The position numbers were made by a program, and so were the translations under genes. From a virus (taxonomy: Duplodnaviria > Heunggongvirae > Uroviricota > Caudoviricetes), in the IMG/VR virus record IMGVR_UViG_2563366929_000004: a stretch of 5,051 nucleotides of DNA. The stretch is one strand, 5' to 3'. The notes below the pieces were generated by a model. It was given only the letters and a program-made list of their open reading frames with translations, was not told the DNA's origin and ran no database searches. How positions within the stretch are numbered: position 1 is the stretch's first letter; the number at the start of each line of letters is the position of its first letter. Shown one piece after another: positions 1 through 5,051 of this stretch.

Positions 1-36
1 AGATAAAACACTCTCCAGGAAACCCGGGGCGGTTCA
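1..36 (+). mobile_element. Right terminal inverted repeat of an IS3-family insertion sequence (IS629-like); the element body lies left of the window
   Basis: The reverse complement of 12..36 (TGAACCGCCCCGGGTTTCCTGGAGA) matches 23 of 25 positions of 4846..4870 (TGAACCGCCCCGGGAATCCTGGAGA), which sits just upstream of an IS3-family orfA. Assignment to IS629 rests on recalled termini, not a search. Confidence 0.7.
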
Positions 37-803
37 ATACGGGAGAACTCATAACCGCAGTCATGACATCTGCCGGAATAGTTCGATTGAATTTGTTTTA
101 GCGCCGGATACAGTTCGCGGAATAATGCCTGTGAGCGGTTGGCATAATCCCATAGCCATACAAGGCTGTTTGCTTCTTTTGCAGAAAGCTCGTTGGTTTT
201 CTTCTCTTGTTTGCCGATGAACTCACCTTCAAGCACTACCCTGTGGATGTACTCTACTGCTTGTGGTATCTGAGATGCATCAAGCTCTTCAATACTTTCC
301 ACATTGAAACGCTGATGAATCATTGCATAAGCTTCTGGGTACATTAGATGCTTTTTGCTGACTAGCATATTTACAGCATCACGAAGCGGAGTCCTGTCAT
401 CAACAGATGTTTTCTTCCGTGCATTTGCTGCCTCTCCCTTTGTCCAGTAGTCATGCAGCACAGTAAAGCATTCTTCCTGGTACTGAATCAGTTTATCGCG
501 GATGTCAGCACGAACTTTCTCAGGGTTGATGCTGAACAGCCATCCATTTAACTTCTTCAAAGGAAGGCAGAGTAGCTTACGAAGCTTACCATCAGCGGCA
601 ACCATGTTCATATGAACACAGTTGAATTTGCTAATCTGCTTCATGAGTTTTGTTTGCTGCGTTGACCAGCTCATTCCGAGGTTTTCAACGATTGGCTTCA
701 TCGCAACATATGCAACTCCGGCAGCCATGGCGGTGATAATTTGCTGACCGTTGAATGGCACGTAAGAGGTGTTCACTGCTTCTAAAATTGCTATACTATT
801 CAT
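37..803 (-). CDS. ant: Phage antirepressor, P22 Ant-like; 3' end interrupted by the IS at 36/37, and the frame reads on into the IS
   Basis: ATG at 803..801 with GGAG about 9 nt upstream. The open frame runs to the window edge (translation starts [46 protein letters not shown]). It is not in the ORF track because no stop lies in the window. N-terminus recalled as Ant-like; position downstream of arc and divergent from mnt supports this. Confidence 0.75.
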
Positions 804-884
804 GTTGGTTTTTCTCCACGGATTTACCGACAACCGAAGCCCTGACTGTTCCAGCAGTTGGGGCTTCACTGTTTTGATTTCTTT
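804..884 (+). ncRNA. Candidate sar-like antisense RNA covering the ant ribosome-binding site and start codon
   Basis: Extended -10 (TGcTATACT, 789..797) on the + strand just inside the ant 5' end. An imperfect hairpin (836..867, GAAGCCC/GGGCTTC core plus wobble-extended stem) followed by the T-rich ACTGTTTTGATTTCTTT lies about 30-80 nt downstream. P22 makes an antisense sar RNA at the equivalent position. The 804..1035 arc-ant spacer has no ORF longer than about 10 codons on the minus strand. Confidence 0.35.
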
Positions 885-1035
885 GCCGCATCAAGCATCA
901 CTTCTGAAAACGTGCGCTTGCCACTGAATACTCTTTCTCTTCTCAATTTTTCGTTCGTGCCAAATGATTCGCCATGAACAAAATTTGGTCTTAAAATGGT
1001 AATCGCAATCTCTTTGACTACTGCATCCAAGCGAA

Positions 1036-1188
1036 TCACACCGTTACCCCCTCTCTCTTCAGGCTGTCTATCAGGCGCTTGATAACCTCTGAGTTAAACG
1101 ACCTGCACTCTTCCTTTGCCCTGCTACCGATAGCATCCTTTAACGACTGCGGCATCCTTACCAAAATCTTACTTATTTCTTTCTCCAT
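1036..1188 (-). CDS. arc: Arc-like ribbon-helix-helix transcriptional repressor (50 aa)
   Basis: ATG at 1188 is preceded by GGAGGG 5 nt upstream. The translation MEKEISKILVRMPQSLKDAIGSRAKEECRSFNSEVIKRLIDSLKREGVTV resembles P22 Arc (the RSxNSE motif and KxEG C-terminus). The ORF-track start at 1224 is a TTG extension with no RBS. Confidence 0.8.
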   Translation of the reverse strand: MEKEISKILVRMPQSLKDAIGSRAKEECRSFNSEVIKRLIDSLKREGVTV

Positions 1189-1224
1189 GTTACCCTCCAC
1201 GCAAACAACTCTTTTCGAATACAA

Positions 1225-1290
1225 AAGATAGCAAAGTGAGTATATCTAGTCAAAATTTTTTTGCATACACTTTGCTATCAAATTGAATAC
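1225..1290. promoter_or_regulatory. Divergent arc/ant and mnt promoter-operator region with a perfect 12-bp inverted repeat
   Basis: GATAGCAAAGTG (1227..1238) and its exact reverse complement CACTTTGCTATC (1268..1279) are separated by 29 bp. On the minus strand, -35 TTGACT (1253..1248), a 17-bp spacer and -10 TATCTT (1230..1225) overlap one arm. On the + strand, TTGCAT (1261..1266) and TATCAA (1276..1281) are weaker candidates around the other arm. Confidence 0.5.
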
Positions 1291-1302
1291 CAAAGGTGTT
1301 AT

Positions 1303-1551
1303 ATGGCAAAGGGTGTGTCAATTTCTCCAACTACGGTAAGAATCCCTGAATCTTTACGCGAGGCTCTTGCTGTCAGAGCATCAAAAAATGGTCGCTCTGT
1401 TAACTCCGAGATCGTCATGATTTTGCAAGCCGCGATTGATGAAGATAGGTCGCCAAAGTCAGTTGAGTCATTTGCTCAGCAAGAAGCTGATAAATTCAAA
1501 GAGGCGCTACTTGAGACGCTAAAGACCATGTATGCTAAGGATGAAAAATAA
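1303..1551 (+). CDS. mnt: Mnt-like ribbon-helix-helix repressor (82 aa)
   Basis: ATG at 1303 with AAGGTG 5 nt upstream. MAKGVSISPTTVRIPESLREALAVRASKNGRSVNSEIVMILQAAI... aligns by eye with P22 Mnt, including a similar C-terminal helix (...LLETLKTMYAK). It is divergent from arc. The ORF-track start at 1261 is a TTG extension. Confidence 0.8.
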   Translation: MAKGVSISPTTVRIPESLREALAVRASKNGRSVNSEIVMILQAAIDEDRSPKSVESFAQQEADKFKEALLETLKTMYAKDEK

Positions 1552-2087
1552 TGCTGCACACAATTCATTTCTTATGCCCTGTTAACACTGCCACTGTTGG
1601 GCAACTTCAGAACCACTGTCTCACCGCATTATCTCAAGGCGCAACTGAATTAAATATCCATATATCAAGTCAGGGAGGGGAAACTGCTGCTGGCTTTACT
1701 GCGTATAACTTTCTTAAGTCACTCCCTGTTACCGTTAGAACTCACAACATAAGCAATGTTGAATCCATAGCTAATATCGTTTTCCTGGCTGGCTCAGAAC
1801 GTTTCGCAAACCCATTATCAAGATTCCTGTTACATCCTCTATTATGGTGCTTTGCCTCCCCAGCCGCCGACCATGCCAGATTGAGAGAGTACGGGAAATG
1901 CCTCGATAACGATCTTGATCGCTTCGTTGAGACGTTCAATATCGACATCGGAACCCATATTAGGTGGGCATCCCTGATAGCAGACTCGACCATTTTGGAT
2001 GCTAACAAGGCTCTTGAGCATGGCATAATTAATTCCATAAAAACTGCAAGGCTGGCATCCAATCAGGCAAACTGGTGGGTTGTTTGA
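1551..2087 (+). CDS. ClpP-fold (S14-like) serine peptidase homologue, 178 aa
   Basis: The ATG overlaps the mnt stop (TAATG), with AAGGA about 9 nt upstream. By eye, ...LNIHISSQGGETAAGFTAYNFLKSLPVTVRTHNISNVESIANIVFLAGSERFANPLSRFLLHP... aligns with the E. coli ClpP core (YINSPGG...GQAASMGAFLLTAG...RVMIHQP). The candidate catalytic Ser (ESIAN) and His (LLHP) are conserved; an Asp lies near the expected position. Confidence 0.7.
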   Translation: MLHTIHFLCPVNTATVGQLQNHCLTALSQGATELNIHISSQGGETAAGFTAYNFLKSLPVTVRTHNISNVESIANIVFLAGSERFANPLSRFLLHPLLWCFASPAADHARLREYGKCLDNDLDRFVETFNIDIGTHIRWASLIADSTILDANKALEHGIINSIKTARLASNQANWWVV

Positions 2088-2110
2088 TGGGTAAATCATG
2101 ATTACTCCTT

Positions 2111-2138
2111 ATAAAAAACCCACCTGACGGTGGGTTTA
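2111..2138. terminator. Bidirectional Rho-independent terminator between convergent genes
   Basis: The stem AACCCACC (2117..2124) / GGTGGGTT (2129..2136) with loop TGAC is flanked by an A-tract (2111..2118) on one side and a short T run on the other. It sits between the ClpP-like stop (2087) and the YafO-like stop (2136). Confidence 0.6.
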
Positions 2139-2585
2139 GTCAAACATAGTGTTTCTAAAGTCTCTCGCATACCCTGCTAACACTCTCATTCTATTATGAT
2201 TGTTAGCAGACATGTGAGCTACAGGATGAAAAAGAGCAATCAATGAATACCTGTTCTCATCAAAAAGATTTTGTGCATAAACGAGAGCGGTATTGGATGT
2301 TTTATGCCACTGCAACTTTTGCGGTGTGCTGATATCTGTGCCATTTTTTATTGGCTCAAATTTATTTTCACCAATTGCTAAATGAAGGTGCATAAGGCCT
2401 GCATCTTCAATATCAGGAGGTCGATGATAAGAGGTGTCTCTGCCAAAATAGCTGGGCAACGTTCCCGTAGACTTGTAGATGATAAAATCATCTACAAGTG
2501 TTTGTTTTAAATCAGGAAACTCAACAAAAACCGGGGAGAAAAAATAGTCAAAACTATCCTGATTATATTCCACGGTTACTTGCAT
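2136..2585 (-). CDS. YafO-family toxin homologue (ribosome-dependent mRNA interferase family), 149 aa
   Basis: ATG at 2585 with GAGGT 6 nt upstream. Blocks ...DDFIIYKSTGTLPSYFGRD..., ...LMHLHLAIGENKFEP... and ...ALVYAQNLFDENRYSLIALFHPVAHMSANNHNRM... match recalled E. coli YafO segments (FISYKRDGVLPDIFGRD, HIHLANENNPFPP, LVYCQGAFDEQAWLLIAILKPEPHKLARDNNQM). Not verified by search. Confidence 0.7.
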   Translation of the reverse strand: MQVTVEYNQDSFDYFFSPVFVEFPDLKQTLVDDFIIYKSTGTLPSYFGRDTSYHRPPDIEDAGLMHLHLAIGENKFEPIKNGTDISTPQKLQWHKTSNTALVYAQNLFDENRYSLIALFHPVAHMSANNHNRMRVLAGYARDFRNTMFD

Positions 2586-2593
2586 GTTTTACC

Positions 2594-3160
2594 TCAGTGG
2601 AAGTTACCAGAGTGAAACACACGAGTCCCGTGCTCAGCAAGCGCACGCAAACCAGCCATATCTACGGAACTATCAAAAACAACCGGAACACATGAGCGTT
2701 GTTTAATAAGACTATTCAGGTTGGTTACGGCAGATCTGGCATCAGCAACAACGATATAGATATCTCTTGCGATCTCTTTAAAATCAGCAGAAGCTTCTTT
2801 GAATACCGATTTCATTGCCCCTTCAAGTCCTCTCAATTGATGCTCTATCAATCGAGACTTTTCTGGTTCAATGATAGACAACACATTGTCTACATTCTCA
2901 TCGGTAGCGTTTGCAAGAACACGATAAGCGTATTTCAGCATTCGAGACAATTCTTTAATCGAAGACACCGCCTCATGAAGCTCATCATTAGCCCGTTCAC
3001 TGCTGAATGAGGATTGATGGTAAGCGTGCTGAACGTTATCAGTAACAACCACCTCACAACTGAACGCAGAAGCTTGCTGTAATAGCAAACCTATTGCGAC
3101 TCCAGCTTTGGCAGCGTTCAAGCTAAACATTTCATCAATCCCATTAGTCTCATTGCTCAT
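2594..3160 (-). CDS. Hypothetical acidic 188-aa protein, upstream partner of the YafO-like toxin; family unknown
   Basis: ATG at 3160 with AAGGAGG 5 nt upstream. The ORF-track start at 3190 is a TTG extension. Its TGA stop (2596..2594) lies inside the toxin RBS (TGAGGT), leaving an 8-nt gap. No YefM/Phd, RHH or HTH signature is recognisable by eye. Confidence 0.65.
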   Translation of the reverse strand: MSNETNGIDEMFSLNAAKAGVAIGLLLQQASAFSCEVVVTDNVQHAYHQSSFSSERANDELHEAVSSIKELSRMLKYAYRVLANATDENVDNVLSIIEPEKSRLIEHQLRGLEGAMKSVFKEASADFKEIARDIYIVVADARSAVTNLNSLIKQRSCVPVVFDSSVDMAGLRALAEHGTRVFHSGNFH

Positions 3161-3227
3161 ACAAACCTCCTTCTTATCGGAGATTATCAATAGCTATGCA
3201 TCCATTGAATACACGCTATGCGCAATA

Positions 3228-3256
3228 AGTTTACGTCACGTGATATCATTATGCAA
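3228..3256 (-). promoter_or_regulatory. Putative promoter of the 188-aa/YafO-like operon with palindromes in the spacer
   Basis: On the minus strand, -35 TTGCAT (3256..3251), a 17-bp spacer and -10 TAAACT (3233..3228). The spacer holds overlapping palindromes TCACGTGA (3236..3243) and TGATATCA (3241..3248). A direct repeat GCTATGC (3193..3199 and 3215..3221) lies downstream. Confidence 0.4.
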
Positions 3257-3335
3257 CCACCGTTCTATCACCGACTAACTTTACTCCCACTCCTATACAT
3301 CATCTGGTATCCTGCGCAAAACTAAGGAGGTTGGT

Positions 3336-3686
3336 GTGAATGCTCAGTCTGTCATCATGGTTTTCCTTGGGCTGATTGTCGCAAAACTATATCCAGACTG
3401 GTGGAAAGGGGCATTAGCTACTGTCGCCATCTATTTGCTTTTATCCATCGTTAAGCGATCACTCGCTGAGACCGTAAATCAAGCAAAACGTTTCTCATTT
3501 AAGAGTTTAATAAACTATGTTACTGGGCTTATTTTTTGCCTTTCAATTCTGATCGCTTCGGCTTTTTTGCCCGTATCAATAGCTAATTTTTTTGGCGCAC
3601 CATATGAGGTAGGTTATCTATTCTCTGTTTCCTGTCTTGCCATTGCTCTTCTTTACCTGTGGACGAGATCAAAGAATAAAAATTAG
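3336..3686 (+). CDS. Small integral membrane protein (116 aa, about 4 predicted TM helices), function unknown
   Basis: GTG start at 3336 with AAGGAGG (3324..3330) 5 nt upstream. Four hydrophobic stretches (SVIMVFLGLIVAKL, ALATVAIYLLLSIV, LINYVTGLIFCLSILIASAFL, VGYLFSVSCLAIALLYLW) and a basic C-terminus (RSKNKN). Divergent from the toxin operon. Confidence 0.65.
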   Translation: MNAQSVIMVFLGLIVAKLYPDWWKGALATVAIYLLLSIVKRSLAETVNQAKRFSFKSLINYVTGLIFCLSILIASAFLPVSIANFFGAPYEVGYLFSVSCLAIALLYLWTRSKNKN

Positions 3687-3703
3687 CCATCCGTGGCTGC
3701 CAG

Positions 3704-4845
3704 TTATTGAGCTTCTTTTTGTGATGCCTGTGCGACTCTGGTGAGCGATTGTGTGACCGTACTGATCGCTCTGTCATATGCTGTGCTACCTTTTGGCGTA
3801 TTTGCCAGACGTAACAAGGCATTTCGTATAACAGGGCTTTCGTATGCCTTCGCAGCTCCTCCTACGACACCAGCAGCAGGAACAACAAACGCAGCCGTTT
3901 TTAGCATCCCCGCTAATACTGCTGCGTTTATGATGCCACCACCAACTAACAATCCATAAAGCTGCTGACCATTTAAGTTTTGAACGTTCGCTTTTGCCGC
4001 GTGTCTTGTATCGTTGAGGTATTTAATAACGCCGTCCAGTTCCTTTCCATGTACGCCTTTAAAGAAAGTTGCTGATTGCTTCCTGTTCCGGTGTAACGCA
4101 TTAATAAACTTTTCAACACTAATATTTCCAGACGGATCAGTCGCCTTATCTACAGCATTCTGAACTATGGCTGCTCGTGCGTTTTGCCTACCATTGTCAT
4201 CCAGAAGCCTGTAAAGCTGAGAACGTTCTGATGGGTTTTGGCTAAAAACGAGTTTTGTTACATCCTCAGGTGTAGCCTTGCCGCTGGCTATTGCCTTTTG
4301 AACGCGCGTTCTTCCCATCATGTCATTGAATCTAGCCCATGAGCGATCAACCCTAGACATATTGGCAGCTTCTTCTGAGCCTAGTTTTTGGGATACTGCT
4401 TTTTTCATATCCGCTGTATATGCCTTGTAGACAATATCGCTGGCTTTCTGGAGCGTGTCTTTATCAACAGTCTCGTTTGAATTCATGAACCGCTTTCGAA
4501 GGTCAGTTCTGTTTTCTCTCGCCAGACGCAGGTCATTGGGTCCGCTGGTGATATCGTCTTTAAATTGCTGCAAGACTTTTACCGCGGCTCTATCCTGAGA
4601 TTTGCCCGGGCGGCTTAACACGGCAATCTGATTGTCGATAGCTTTTACCGTGTTTGAGAGATCGACAGGGGTATCCCCCATAGCGTCAATTATGCGGTTA
4701 TATCGCTTTCCTGCTGCCTCAATGAATTTTTGTTGCCCTTTAGTCGCAGATTCATAAAGCTGTTTATCAGAAATGCCACCCAGACCATCGCTAAATGTTC
4801 TGACTAAATTTTCTCGTGCTTGTTGTTGATTCAGCCGATTCTTAC
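3704..4845 (-). pseudogene. 5'-truncated gene for a large phage protein (possibly a gp16-like DNA-ejection protein), interrupted by the IS at 4845/4846
   Basis: The frame stays open from 3704 up through 4845 and into the IS inverted repeat; the first in-frame stop upstream (4871..4873) lies inside the IS. The first in-frame ATG is at 4681, the 325-aa ORF in the track. The C-terminal part has a Gly/Ala-rich hydrophobic stretch (LYGLLVGGGIINAAVLAGMLKTAAFVVPAAGVVGGAAKAY). The product call rests only on position relative to the immI genes. Confidence 0.5.
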
Positions 4846-5051
4846 TGAACCGCCCCGGGAATCCTGGAGACTAAACTTCCTGAGAAAGAGGTAAACAGGA
4901 TGACTAAAAATACTCGTTTTTCCCCCGAAGTCCGTCAACGGGCAGTCCGTATGGTTCTGGAAAGTCAGAGCGAATATGACTCACAATGGGCGACAATTTG
5001 TTCCATTGCTCCAAAGATTGGCTGTACGCCGGAGACTCTGCGTGTCTGGGT
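4846..5051 (+). mobile_element. Left end of an IS3-family insertion sequence (IS629-like), running off the window
   Basis: Terminal repeat TGAACCGCCCCGGGAATCCTGGAGA at 4846..4870, followed 29 bp later by the orfA start. It is the inverted counterpart of 12..36. Confidence 0.8.
4900..5051 (+). CDS. IS3-family transposase OrfA (IS629-like), N-terminal part; partial
   Basis: ATG at 4900 with AGAGG about 10 nt upstream. Translation [50 protein letters not shown] matches the recalled IS629/IS1203-type OrfA N-terminus with its helix-turn-helix region. Confidence 0.85.
   Translation, partial: MTKNTRFSPEVRQRAVRMVLESQSEYDSQWATICSIAPKIGCTPETLRVW

Noticed and set aside
1189-1302. Longer ORF-track versions of arc (start 1224) and mnt (start 1261), and the TTG start at 3190 for the 188-aa gene
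   Set aside because: All three are non-ATG extensions without ribosome-binding sites, whereas the internal ATGs at 1188, 1303 and 3160 each have a strong Shine-Dalgarno 5 nt upstream. The arc and mnt extensions would also run through the operator and promoter region.
1742-2099. Minus-strand ORFs of 106 aa and 85 aa (1742..2062 and 1842..2099) from the ORF track
   Set aside because: Both lie antisense inside the ClpP-like coding frame, which has an RBS, translational coupling and recognisable homology. They have no RBS or recognisable family and are treated as shadow ORFs.
2498-3010. Plus-strand ORFs of 65 aa and 103 aa (2498..2695 and 2699..3010)
   Set aside because: Antisense to the YafO-like and 188-aa genes, low-complexity translations, no plausible RBS; treated as shadow ORFs.
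3685-3698. Small hairpin AGCCA-tccg-TGGCT between the convergent membrane-protein and gp16-like genes as a terminator
   Set aside because: Only a 5-bp stem with no U-tract on either strand; too weak to call.
3583-3959. ORFs of 79 aa (minus, 3583..3822) and 72 aa (plus, 3741..3959)
   Set aside because: They overlap the better-supported membrane-protein and gp16-like frames in other frames or strands. The translations are compositionally odd (His/Arg-rich or Ala/Pro-rich) and lack start signals.
1-5051. The 4.8-kb segment between the two IS copies as a mobile composite transposon carrying the toxin module
   Set aside because: Both IS ends abut truncated phage genes (ant and the gp16-like gene) whose remnants are in native synteny, which fits in-situ insertions into a prophage better. 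Target-site duplications cannot be assessed without the outer IS ends.
1-5051. Looked for CRISPR arrays, tRNA or tmRNA genes and an attachment site
   Set aside because: No regularly spaced direct repeats and no cloverleaf-like conserved tRNA motifs were seen. The only notable repeats are the IS termini and the operator inverted repeat already reported.

Overview
This window reads as the immI-type immunity region (ant, arc, mnt) of a P22-like enterobacterial prophage, with both window edges lying in the terminal inverted repeats of IS629-like (IS3-family) insertion sequences in the same orientation. The left IS cuts the 3' end of ant and the right IS cuts the 5' end of a large minus-strand gene, which by position resembles a P22 gp16-type ejection protein. 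Between that gene and mnt, where P22 carries sieA, lies an accessory cassette of about 2.1 kb (1551..3686): a ClpP-fold serine peptidase gene whose start overlaps the mnt stop (TAATG); a convergent two-gene operon of a 188-aa acidic protein of unknown family followed by a YafO-family toxin homologue; and a divergent small 4-TM membrane protein. The two candidates for an undescribed system are the 188-aa/YafO-like pair and the Mnt/ClpP-like pair. All family assignments come from reading the translations and recalled family sequences; no searches were run. No tRNA, rRNA or CRISPR array was seen.
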